A DNA stretch of 41,388 nt from assembly GCA_030141605.1 (NCBI GenBank), contig JAQGDQ010001433.1:1-41388 (forward strand), in the 5' to 3' direction. The stretch is from Tubiluchus corallicola. Lineage: Eukaryota > Animalia > Priapulida. Position numbers and translations under genes: made by a program. Below, piece after piece: positions 1 to 12,174 of the stretch; position 1 is the stretch's first letter; every line of letters begins with the position of its first letter. A model generated the notes under the pieces. The model did not search any database and was not told the origin of the DNA. It worked only from the letters and a program-made list of their open reading frames with translations.

Positions 1-222
1 TTATTGCTGATTGAACGAGAAATAAGATACCGATTGATTTTATTGACGATTGGACGAGAAATAAGATACTGATTGATTTTATTGGTGATTGAACGAGAAA
101 TAAGATACTGATTGATTTTATTGACGATTGAACGAGAAATAAGATACTGATTGATTTTATTGACGATTGAACGAGAAATAAGATACTGATTGATTTTATT
201 GACGTTTGAACGAGAAATAGGA
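1..222. repeat. 39-bp minisatellite, ~5.5 copies, truncated by window start
   Basis: Repeated unit TTATTGACGATTGAACGAGAAATAAGATACTGATTGATT. Confidence 0.95.
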
Positions 223-968
223 TTGAATTTTATTTTGCTAAAAACCACTCACAGGATTGTAAAGAAGTTATTTTAATTATGTAATATTGCAGTAGAGTGG
301 TGCAGAAGTATAGTCGAACGTTTTTATACTGCATACTTTAGGACGGCAAAAAAGCCACCGTCAAGCAAGTGTGGCATTATTACAAGGTGCATTAATATGT
401 CTATGCAGATATAGATATTTTGTTCTCCCAAAAATAGTTGTGTTAAGTGAAGTTGGCATTAATAACTACTATTATTAACTCACATAGACCTGTCAAATCT
501 TGCTTTCTTGTGAAATGAAAAGAATTATTACATAATTAGCCTCTTAAAACTTATTTAGCTTTTAATTTATGAACCCTGTATATATATATATATATATACA
601 TATAGTTTAGTAACTTTTATTTCATTGTATTTTATTTCATTTTAGTACTATATTTGTATTTTATATGGTCTTAGTTACCAAAATAAAAATGCAAATTGAA
701 TTAAATTGAAATGTGACGTTGTGTGTTGCGAGATTACATCAGGTGATGTCTTAATTAACCTGAGCGAGAAAGCAATTTTGCAGAGTTTTTGATCGTGGGC
801 AGAAGTCACATTCTGGTTGTTGTTTGTGAGTGTGAGAGTAAAGTGAGGCTAAGGTAGACGATGAATATCAGTCTACCTGCTGAGTCCAAGTTTGTGACTA
901 AACTACTAAAATAAAAATCGCGATAATTTTTCTGTGATTTTTTTGCTATAAACTGATGTCTGTTACAG

Positions 969-1058
969 GTGGATGATGATGACGACGACGACGACGATGA
1001 TGACGAAGATGACGAGGAGCAGTTAGACGACAAAGAAAATGAACTGCACGAGGATTGA
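969..1058 (+). CDS. Probable terminal coding exon of an upstream gene, encoding acidic C-terminus VDDDDDDDDDDDEDDEEQLDDKENELHED*
   Basis: Acceptor ctgatgtctgttacAG at 967-968; 29 open codons with mixed GAT/GAC/GAA/GAG usage; double stop TGATGA; AATAAA 75 nt downstream. Protein not identifiable. Confidence 0.6.
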   Translation: MDDDDDDDDDDDEDDEEQLDDKENELHED

Positions 1059-1133
1059 TGAAGAACTGTTTTCTGTTTAGTAAAATGTACTTCTGATGTT
1101 ACCTGTTTTCTCTGTTTTTTTAGTAATTTTCAA

Positions 1134-1139
1134 AATAAA
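1134..1139 (+). terminator. Candidate polyadenylation signal
   Basis: AATAAA after the putative terminal exon and a T-rich 3' UTR. Confidence 0.45.
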
Positions 1140-2426
1140 AACGGCGTCAGAAGCTGTTATAATTGCACATTGTTACAGTTTTAGTTCATTAATGCCTATA
1201 CATGGTAAGCATGGTTCACATGGTTCATATGGTTCACATGCCTACACATGGTAAGCAGGAGACTTGTAATTACTGTGTTGGACAAGTATCGACTATTACA
1301 AGAAACGGTATTAGCTGTTTGCTTCAATATTTGTTAATATTACTTCAATATTTAAATCTGTTTTATGGCCTGCATGGAATACATTTAATTGTGTTTGGGG
1401 CAAATTTATTTAATATCTTAACTTATTTAAGTATGCTAAAACGCTGCTATTATAAATTGGGGCCCGTCGACTTTATGACAGTTAACGTTGAAATTGCCAA
1501 GCATTTGTCATTTACTTTGTGGTTTAAAAACATTATTTACTAATGTTCAATTGAAAGATGATTTGTTTATCTTAAATAATAATTATTTATTTATGTTGAA
1601 GTCCCAGAAAATGTGTCACTTAATCTACAGCTGTTCTGCATGTCATAAAATAGCTAATGTTTTGTGCGCTGTCAACTATCTTTTTGTCTTACAGTTAAAT
1701 CTTTAACTTATAGTTAGTTAATTGTTTAATTAAAATGCATTAACGAACTTACCCGCAAGATACTGTAGTAATATGTGACTGACAAGTTATTGTTATTTAT
1801 TGCTATTAATAAAAATTGTTGGTACATTAGCGGTTAATGTATAAGTAATGCGATTTCATAAGGTGTGCTTTATCTGATAGTCCTGCAGACAATAAGCGTG
1901 TTGAATATTGTGGAGTAAAACGGGTTTAAGCAAGGCAGAGGTTTTTGTTTGCACAGGTACTCTTGTTTTGACTCGTGCAAAGACAACAGTGGAAAGTTTG
2001 GTTAGATAAAATTTCCATGTTTCAGAGATTTGATGTTGATGTTAGGACATTTTTACTAAAAACTAAATTGCGTTGCTAAAAACTCGAATGTGGTTGTTAA
2101 AACCGATCTTAAGTTATGCACATGAATACCTTTCAGCAACTGGTACTCCACACAGTTACTGTTGTTTAGTGTTGTTTTACTGCAGTAAACATTACACTTT
2201 TCGAGATGGCCAACCCGATGACGTTAGTATTGGTTCTGATTATTAACATGTCCAATAAAGTTTTTTATATGTCATTTTGTTGTAGAATTTACTTTTGAAT
2301 TTCGTTGCTAGATAAATGCACCACTGGTCTTGAAATGTGACAAATTTTATGTTTTTCTGCACCTTGTTAGTGCGGTTAACGTTTCTGGAGAGATGTGATC
2401 ATCCTCCTCCCCAGGACATCTTGGAT

Positions 2427-2700
2427 ATTGGCCGGGATTCTCATGGCTACGGATAGCCCTGGAAATATTCCGTACATTAATGTATGTACCGGTAGGTGTA
2501 GCTCAACGGTAGCGTACACGCTTTCCATTCGTGAGGCCGCGGGTTCAACTCCTGACCCCTTCGACCAAACACGTGGGTTAATCAAAGCAACATGCGGGTA
2601 ATAATAATCCGGTCCAGCTTAGAAATAAGTACCGAGTTACTTAAAAGTGTTATCCTTGGACTATGTCCTAAACGAAATTATTATTATTATTATTATTATT
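2427..2700 (+). mobile_element. tRNA-derived SINE, copy A, with ~65-bp 5' extension and (ATT)n tail
   Basis: Box A (TAGCTCAACGG) and box B (GGTTCAACTCC) at ~2498-2552; homologous inverted copy at 23712-24009. Confidence 0.8.
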
Positions 2701-2813
2701 AATGAAATGTATATTTTCATGTGTGCAGCCTGCTATTGTTTTGCAGCATAATCTAATGATAATAAAAAACTTTGACTTCAGAAACTTCGAATTTCAGTGC
2801 TGTGATCTAGAGA

Positions 2814-3253
2814 TTGATACATTCTGGACTGATACATACTAGGCTGATACATACTAGACTGATACATTCTGAACTGATACATGCTGGACTGATACATGCT
2901 GGATTGATAATGCTAGACTAACACATACTAGACTGATACATACTGAACTGATACATACTGGTTTGATACATACTAGACTGATACATTCTGAACTGATACT
3001 TACTGGACTGATTATACTGGACTGATACATACTGGACTGGTACATACTGGACTGATACATACTGGATTGATACATACTAGACTGACATATACTGGACTGA
3101 TACATATTGGACTGATATATACTGGTTTGATATGTAGTGGGTGGATATATTCTGGTATGATATATACTGGACTGAAACATACTGGACTGATACATACTGG
3201 TATGATATATACTGGACTGATAATACTGGATTGATCCACACTGGACTGATACA
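2814..3253. repeat. 15-bp minisatellite (ACTGATACATACTGG)n
   Basis: About 29 degenerate units; source of the MYQSS/CISPV pseudo-ORFs. Confidence 0.95.
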
Positions 3254-4083
3254 TGTTAGAATCAGCTGACGTTTTAACTGCTGGTTGCAGTTCTCATCTC
3301 TTGCAATAGAGGAAAAATTCTCCCACTTGACAAGAACGGAGAGTGCTGATTTGTGTTTCATCGTCGTTGCCACAAACACTCGTCATCTTCTAGATACTTC
3401 AGTTTCTCATTTGCTACGTTGATATTCCTGCCTGCAGGGCACTCGAATATCCGTTAGACTCCTCCGCATCAACATCATTACAGACAATATTGTGTTTACA
3501 GAGTTTGTGCGTGACATGCAAAGCTTTACTACATCTGATATTAGATCTGGTGGCAATCGATTCAAATCTGAATTTGGGTCAGATGTATATTGAATGCTAC
3601 CGTATTGACAGGACTCAATGTAAATTTACCCAGACATTAAGTAATGCCTCATGTTTGCAGTCTGAATTGACTAACAGTCATGAGGTTTTTCTTACGGAGG
3701 ATGTGGATAATATCCTGTATGAAGTGCTGTGGATTGTTATTGTATCATCACGGCACTGGCTACAGTAATATTGATGGTGTTTGAATGACTTAGCGATCCA
3801 ATTTACAATCTTCTACTTAGGCTTGATTGCTTGTTTACTATCAGTAATATTGCAAATATGTATAACGATTATGTGCGCATATTGTCTAATGCCACGTAAA
3901 CGATTGTGTAACGTCAACGTATGTTTACAGCAGATCTTGAAAGTAGCCACAGTTGCCTGGTAGTCCGTCTGATTCATTAAATACAGAATTTGGTAAAAAA
4001 AGCTCAGTCATTGTAAAGAGCGTCGTTAATTTTTAAATACAGATAATTTCTTTCGTCAAATAAAATAATTATTGAAAGATCTA

Positions 4084-4407
4084 TAATTAAACTACATGTA
4101 TATTCTTTTCTCTGGATTATATAGAAAATGTCATAATTTTAGAAATAACTAATGTTTCCTAAATTAAACTGATAACATTAATGCCCACCAGTGTCTAAAA
4201 AATATTTTTATCTATATTCGGTAAAGGATAGCAGACTAGGTGACTTTATAGTCTTTTCGCTATCCTTTCTCTAGTTCTAGATCTTTCTATACATTTTAAC
4301 CATTCTTCAAAACTTATCAGAGATTCTTTTATTAATCATGTTTTATTGTAACACTATAAAGAGATAAATAAATTGAAATTGAATTTAAAAAAAGAATTGA
4401 ATTGAAT
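4084..4407 (+). mobile_element. L2/CR1-group LINE 3' end
   Basis: Stem-loop AAGGATAGC...GACTTTATAGTC...GCTATCCTT, then AATAAA and an (ATTGA)n-like tail; near-identical inverted copy at 35051-35361. Confidence 0.7.
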
Positions 4408-4639
4408 CTATGGGCTATCTGTGTTAAACATTTCAAGACACAATGTGCTATACGGTTATTTATGCACTACAGATAGATGCTTTTATTTCAGACTTCTCGT
4501 CTATGTAGCGTAAAATACAAGTATGTAAAAATTAAAACTACAAACTATTTACAAAGACTAATTACAAAGTTAAAGTAAAATTAATGTACGAATAGCATGT
4601 TTCTCCACTTGATCCGTGTAGCACTGCACGTATTCAACC

Positions 4640-4817
4640 GCTTGGTGTAGCTCAGTGTTAACGTGCGTGGGTTTCAACTCAGGAGGTAGTAGGTTCAATT
4701 CCGGTCTTGTCAAGCGAAATATGCCGGTGATTTTTCTTTCAAGTACGCTGTTTTACCACGTAACATTCGGGTAATGATGATCGCGACTGCCTTGTCCTAA
4801 AAATCATTATCATTATA
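4640..4817 (+). mobile_element. Degenerate tRNA-headed SINE
   Basis: GGTGTAGCTCAGTG box A and GGTTCAATTCC box B at tRNA spacing; ends GTCCTAAA plus short ATCATT repeats, like copy A. Confidence 0.55.
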
Positions 4818-5075
4818 CACTGTACCTGTAAAAAATTCTGTTAACAATGACAAAACAAACTTGAAATTTTTTGCAACAAAATGTTCCCACTGCCAAAACG
4901 ACCCGCGGATTTTCGAAAAGGTCTTTTATTACAACTTATAAAAATAAATTTATAACTATTAAAAAATTTGAATTAAGCTTAGAAATATTCGTTTTAAACG
5001 CCTTCGTTTTTATTATCTTCACCTGTAATTTAGTTATTTTTCTTTCTTGTTAAAAATATTCCTATTAAAATACTT

Positions 5076-6077
5076 TGGAAGTTGTTTACAATTCCCCACA
5101 CACCCAACCTTACCCCTATCACTAACCCTAACCCTCATCCTTACTCTAACCTTAACCCTAATCTAATCCTAACCCTAATTCTAACCTGAACCCTAATCTA
5201 ATCCTAACCCTAATTCTAATCCTAACCCTAATTCTAATCCTAACCCTAATTCTAATCCTAACCCTAATCTAATCCTAACCCTAATCTAATCCTAACCCTA
5301 ATCTAATCCTAACCCTAATCTAATCCTAACCCTAATTCTAATCCTAACCCTAATTCTAATCCTAACCCTAATCTAATCCTAACCCTAACCCTAACCCTAA
5401 CCCTAACCCTAACCCTAACCCTAACCCTAACCCTAACCCTAATCTAATCCTAACCCTAATTCTAATCCTAACCCTAATTCTAATCCTAACCCTAATTCTA
5501 ATCCTAACCCTAATCTAATCCTAACCCTAATCTAATCCTAACCCTAATCTAATCCTAACCCTAATCTAATCCTAACCCTAATTCTAATCCTAACCCTAAT
5601 TCTAATCCTAACCCTAATCTAATCCTAACCCTAACCCTAACCCTAACCCTAACCCTAACCCTAACCCTAACTCTAATCCTAACCCTAATCTAATCCTAAC
5701 CCTAATTCTAATCCTAACCCTAATCTAATCCTAACCCTAATTCTAATCCTAACCCTAATCTAATCCTAACCCTAATCTAATCCTAACCTAATCTAATCCT
5801 AACCCTAATCTAATCCTAACCCTAATCTAATCCTAACCCTAATTCTAATCCTAAACCTAATCTAATCCTAACCCTAACTCTAATCCTAACCCTAATCTAA
5901 TCCTAACCCTAATTCTAATCCTAACCTAATCTAATCCTAACCTAATCTAATCCTAACCCTAATCTAATCCTAACCCTAATTCTAATCCTAACCTAATCTA
6001 ATCCTAACCTAATCTAATCCTAACCCTAATTCTAATCCGCTTCACCAACTAATTCTTGTGTGGGGGGAATTTTAAAC
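5076..6077. mobile_element. Non-autonomous element containing an expanded telomere-like array
   Basis: Array flanked by inverted motifs GTTTACAATTCCCCACACA and TGTGTGGGGGGAATTTTAAAC; flanks shared with 36139-36476 and 39078-39362. Confidence 0.6.
5120..6037. repeat. Interstitial telomere-like array of (CCCTAA)n and 17/18-bp AACCCTAAT(T)CTAATCCT units
   Basis: Pure CCCTAA blocks near 5381-5440 and 5627-5670 inside a variant array. Confidence 0.95.
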
Positions 6078-6359
6078 TTTATCGTATATTTTTTAATAAT
6101 TTTATAGCATTTCAAATTTGACTTTTTCGCACACCCTGTATATAAATGCGTGGGCGTATCTGTGCACTTATATTCCCCAGTAACGAGGAAATCTTAGTAA
6201 ATATTTTAATAATGAACCCAGAAGATAAAAAGGCAATCAATAGAACCCGAAGAAGCCTTTTTCAATTATATTTAGTCTTAAATTAAGTACAGCAGTTATT
6301 TAAGACCATGCTTGATTAATGCTTACGAAAGTCTCGGCGAAGGAAAATAAGATGTCCTT

Positions 6360-6980
<621 letters not shown>

Positions 6981-7144
6981 TGCCCGTACATAAAGGATCC
7001 TGTTATCTTATTTGTAATATGACACCTATGTTAGAAATATTAAAATTTACAACTTATTCACTTAAGCCACATCTTCCTAAAAACTTGAAGAGCCTAGGGA
7101 ATGCGTTATTGTGACGATATTGTGAATTTACTGAACATCTTGGC

Positions 7145-7645
7145 CAGCGGCGGATTATGATTTTATGGGCCTTAGGCTTGAGCTTGGAACGGGCCTTTTA
7201 AATGTTGCTACACTGCTGAGCTGACGTGTTTTTGTGGAGCTCTCGTCGTTTGTAAAGGATGACAAATTAAACAATTTATCACTGATGCATATTGAGTCAG
7301 ATATGTTGAGAGATTGAAAAAAATGGACTTTTCAGAAATTATAACTGACTTTGTTCCCAGAAAAATTCGGAAACTGAAATTTTGAACTTAAACTTAAACT
7401 GTGTAAACGTGAATTGTGTAAACTTAAATTGTGTAAACTTGATTTGTGTAAACCCGATTTGAAATATAGTGACTGACTTTTGAAAAAAGAACTTTTTTCT
7501 ATATTTTATTTTGGCGGGCCCCTTGCTCTTTTGTCAATTTATTTTTTTTACAACAAAAAATTTTTTTCGTTTTATTTTGCCGGGCCCCTTTTGATCCCGG
7601 GCCTTAGGCTTCAGCCTATTCAGCCTATAGGGCTATCCGCTACAG
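7145..7645 (+). mobile_element. Non-autonomous hAT transposon with transposase C-terminal remnant
   Basis: 8-bp TSD ATCTTGGC (7137-7144, 7646-7653); imperfect TIRs CAGCGGCGGAT and ATCCGCTACAG; 7255-7385 reads KDDKLNNLSLMHIESDMLRD*...MDFSEIITDFVPRKIRKLKF*, like the end of a hAT dimerisation domain. Confidence 0.85.
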
Positions 7646-7995
7646 ATCTTGGCCAAAGTCGTCGATGCGAAGAGTTGCTACCACTGAATTTTATTAAGTT
7701 AACAGTGCGCATGCGCGCCATTACTGATTGAATTTGCCATCTTATCGACGTTGCTGATGGCTATATAATCAAATCAGACGCAGCAGCGACGATAATTGAT
7801 CCGAATCAGAGAAATGCAAACAATTTGGGCAAATCTTCCTCACTCCTGATTGCCATTGATTATCATTAGTAATTGGGTTTTCCCGTAGGCAAAACTCAGC
7901 GGGTCTTACGTGTTGCATATCTACGAAATATTTATGGTCAGCAAATAAGGGCGATGGCACATCAGTAAAGAATCAACTTAGTCGTTAAACCATAA

Positions 7996-8465
7996 GATGA
8001 GATGGGATGGGATGGGATGGGATGGGATGAAATGAGATGAGATGAGATGAGGATGAGATGAGATGGGATGAGATGATGTGGGATGGGACGGGATGAGATG
8101 AGATGAGATGAGATGGGATGAGATGAGATGAGATGGGATGAGATGAGATGAGATAGGATGGGATTGAATGAGATGAGATGAGATGGGATGAGATGGGATG
8201 AGATGAGATGAGATGGGATGGGATGAGATAGGATGGGATTGGATGAGATGAGATGAGATGGGATGAGATGAGATGAAATGAGATGAGATGAGATGAAATG
8301 AGATGAGATGAGATGAGGATGGGATGGGATGGGATGGGATGGGATGAGATGAGATGAGGATGGGATGAGGATGAGATGAGATGAGGATGAGATGAGGATG
8401 GGATGGGATGGAATGAGATGAGATGAAATGAGATGAGATGAGCATGGGATGGGATGGGATGGGAT
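7996..8465. repeat. (GATGA/GATGG)n pentanucleotide array
   Basis: Direct observation. Confidence 0.98.
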
Positions 8466-9472
8466 CAGTTGTGTTAGTTTGTGACGAACTGCTACACACG
8501 TTTGAAATTTGAATTTTTATCTTAAAACAGGTATAGATTTAGTACAACACACTGAACCTCTTATAGTAACACTGAACTTCAATTTTCGCTTTCGCAAACT
8601 CGTGCAACACGCTCGTGGAATATTTTTGCTGCTGAAAATTTTGCTAGTTTGTGATGTCATCAATAGTCGGGCTCGCCCGCCGTTATTAAGATTTTAATCT
8701 ATTATTTAATTATCAGAAACGCTTTTACAATATAAATTGTGTTAAATCGTATACTTTTTATCAGACTTGCGAATGGGGTAATGTATGAAAAATCATCCTG
8801 TCTTCCTTTAAATAAGTTTTGCTGTTTACTAGAATAGCATTACCTTATTTTAATTAGTCATCGGTCTCGTGGTTAGTCATTAGTCATTAGTCCAGTGGTT
8901 AATCAGCCCCTATATGCATTGCATATACATTAACTAAAACCATCAAATGGTGCAGATGATATTAACAGCATTACATGCACCCCTGATATTTTATACTCTG
9001 AACACAATTTCGGGCTGTTGCATTGTTTGATAACCATTGTTGAAACAAATGCTGTAGATTGTTTATTCGTTCCCTGATCGCCCCATTTTGATTAACTCGG
9101 GTTTACAATGATCTCACATGAATGCTGCTGAATCACTGCTGATGCCGTCTCTTTGTTTAACGTCTAAGGACTTGCAGCATCTCAACTTATCTGAATCCCG
9201 ACAGGCGCTTTGCTCGGCAAATAGCAAGGATATTCCATCGTCTTTGCCAAAGTCTTTTGTTTAAGTAACTGGAAGCAATACGCTGTCTTGCTGGAATGTC
9301 TATTGGCAGATGAGCTCAGCGTATCGATTGGATGAGCTTACTGTATCGATTGGGTGTCTTTGGGATATCGATTCCAATGGTATTTATTCTGTTACAGCGA
9401 ATAGCATGTAATGAAAAATTTCTAGCTTTTATTTTCAAGACGTATGTAGGTTTAAGTACAGTCAGTCACTCA

Positions 9473-9700
9473 CAGGGCAGGATTATTTTGTGGGCTAGTA
9501 AGGGTGTAGCCTGGGGACCTCAAGTTAGGGAGTCTCAACATCTGGTAATTTTTTTTCACTACGATTGTGTTGAAATATGTGCCAATTTGGTTTGTAATAA
9601 ATAGTAAAATAGTGGTACTTATTAAAGAATATTTTTATTGATAAGTAAAAGATAACTGTTTTAGTTTCTTTAAAAATTATGATTTGAAGAAAACATTTTG
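9473..9700 (+). mobile_element. Partial hAT-like MITE (left part)
   Basis: Begins CAGGGCAGGATT; homologous to 14766-14960. Confidence 0.55.
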
Positions 9701-9788
9701 ATATAATATATGTTATTATCAAGTTAAAAATGTGCCTGAAACTGTATGCATATTTATGTAAATATGTACTTTAAAATAAAAGATTAGT

Positions 9789-10104
9789 TATCATTACCAT
9801 CATCGTCACCGTCACCGCCATCGCCACCACCACCATCATCCCCACCATCATCATCGCCACCACCACCACCATCATCCCCACCACCACCATCATCATCGTC
9901 ACTGTCATCGCTCCGCCACCATCATCTCCACTACTACCACCATCATCGTCAACGTCATCCATCGCCACCACCATCATCATCATCACCACCATCATCATCA
10001 TCATCGTCATCATCATCACCATCGCCATCAACATCAACATCATCATCACCATCATCATCATCGTCATCATCATCACCATCGCCATCACCATCATCATCAT
10101 TATC
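9789..10104. repeat. (CAT/CAC)n compound microsatellite
   Basis: Direct observation. Confidence 0.95.
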
Positions 10105-10618
10105 CATTCGTATTTTTAATGTCTCGTAATAGAAGTGGACGCCTTGCATTAGCATTGTTCTTTGTCGCCATTTTAAAATTACGGAAACGACATCATATAG
10201 AAACTTTTTGTTTCAGATTATCCTAGAAATTAGTCTGAACCCTGAGACGGATTAATAATATAATTTGTTATATTATTTATTTATTTACTAACATCTGTTT
10301 TTTCATATTCAGTCGAATTGATTCAACATTGTATGGCATCATCATAACTGCTTACAGCACACAAAGCAATGGCTTTGTCAACACACTCATTTCGCTAATC
10401 GCAAGCATTTCTGATTGCCATAATTCATGTTATTACCAACATTACTGCCGCGTCAGGGTAATTGTTCAATGGGCAAGTGCTGCGAGATTGAAGCTAGAAT
10501 GTAGAAATGGATGCTTGGTTGTTATAACCAAGAATGTCCAAATTTAGTCCAGTGCAGCGTAGTGCAGAAACGTGTGTTAGTTTTTATGATAACAAACAGT
10601 GGGATGGAAAGTTTTACT

Positions 10619-10619
10619 G

Positions 10620-10689
<70 letters not shown>
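10619..10689. repeat. (TAA)n microsatellite
   Basis: Direct observation; abuts the Helitron 3' end. Confidence 0.98.
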
Positions 10690-10690
<1 letters not shown>

Positions 10691-11349
10691 TAGCAAAGGC
10701 CCGCAAAAGATTTTGCGTAAAAACCACGTATAATCAATAACACGCGAACATCCTACACAGTCCTCATGTATAACGCAAAGCCCGTAACATCCTGCCTACT
10801 TACCTAACGCAAAACCTGTACTCGTGCCTACTGTATGTTTAACTAACGCAAAGCAGCTTTTTGCTGAATTAAAGCTATAAGCAACAATGGATGACGTCAG
10901 CACAATGTAATTCGTCACAACAGTTTTCTAAGCGAAAATCGCCGAAAATAGAACATCTAATTAACTCGTCGGTACTCCTCTCGGTGGACCTGCCCTAAAA
11001 TATAACCCACATCATCGTGTAGCCCTGTCCTTCCTCTTTGTAAAAAGCTATAAATCTCCTCCCGAGAGTCCCACCGGGCGCCGCTAGAACGTTTTTCCCG
11101 CAGGGAAAGCCGTATAACTTTTGCAATTTTTTGCAAAAAACGCCCGAAAAAGGGCCATTTTGGGGGGCTTTTCGCCCCCGTTCCTCCCGATGGGCCCAAT
11201 TCGAAAAATAAACCATCAATGGCACGACACTAGATCGAGACCTTTCGTTTGATGTATAGATCGCCGCAAATGGTGCCCTCGTCGGAGCTGTAGCCTCGAA
11301 TCTTATATATATATATATATTAAGATACCAAGAATATTAATATAAGAGA
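10690..11349 (-). mobile_element. Non-autonomous Helitron, apparently full length
   Basis: Minus strand begins TC (TCTCTTATATT at 11349, or alternative A|TCTTAATATATA at 11325); ends with hairpin CGCAAAA-nn-TTTTGCG then CTAG|T; no TSD. Confidence 0.8.
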
Positions 11350-11700
11350 CTAGCAAAGGCCCCGCAAAAGATTTTGCGTAAAAAACCACGTGTAATATGC
11401 GACTAAATCAATAATACGCGAACATCCTACCTAGTCCTCATTTATAACACAAAGCCCGTAACATCATGCCTACTGTTTGTTTACTTACCTAACCCAAAGC
11501 AGCTTTTACTGAATTAAAGCTATAAGCAGAGTAGAGTACAATGGATGACGTTACAACAATGCCTTTGCGTCAGCAATTTTCTAAGCGAAAATTGCCGAAA
11601 ATAGAACTCCTAATTAACTCGTCGATACTCCTCTCGGTGGACCTGCCCTAACATATAGCCCACATCATCGTGTAGCCCCGTTCTTCCTCTTTCTAAAGAG
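11350..11700 (-). mobile_element. Second, 5'-truncated Helitron copy joined head-to-tail
   Basis: Same hairpin and CTAG end (11350-11353); colinear homology to ~10690-11045. Confidence 0.8.
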
Positions 11701-11779
11701 TTTTATGGCTAATCCAGTAATATAAGCTTAAAGAGATTTTGCCAAAAAATGAATAACAAACTAGACCTACATAACAGAG

Positions 11780-11900
11780 ACTATTCTTACACCACTTTTA
11801 CTTTAAATACCATGCGAACTCAGGGCAACAGCAGGTACCATTTTTAACGTCTTTTGTATGATCTGATCGCAGTATAGAACCCATGACCTTCCGTATGGAA
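11780..11900 (-). mobile_element. SINE fragment with Meta-domain-like core
   Basis: Minus strand reads box B remnant then TCATACAAAAGACGTTAAAAATGGTACCTGCTG, resembling the MetaSINE core from recall; related motif in the 23.8-kb SINE. Confidence 0.55.
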
Positions 11901-12174
11901 ATTTAAATCTAAAGCTTGGCCTTCATAATCCTAAGCTTCTTGATAGCAGGAATATAATTGGTGCCGCCTCCCCCATTTATTTATCAAACCAGTCTTCTAC
12001 GTCTAAAAGATCACTAAAAGAGGGTACCACCAATTTTCCATTTTAGTCCCCTCTCGTATGTTTAGAGCTCCCAGGTTTTTTAAAATTCCAGATGTACATC
12101 TACCTCACAATACCCAAATACTTGTGAAAAAAAATGAAAACGAAACAGAAAACCAAGTGAAGTTCAAGAATCAC

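Noticed and set aside
2854-3379. MYQSS/CISPV repeat proteins
   Set aside because: Open in several frames of a 15-bp minisatellite
3260-3963. Coding region in moderately GC-rich unique DNA
   Set aside because: Frames I read are short and interrupted, with no recognisable motif or splice pattern
5120-6037. True chromosome end or fusion site
   Set aside because: Single orientation, mostly variant units, and flanks shared with two dispersed copies
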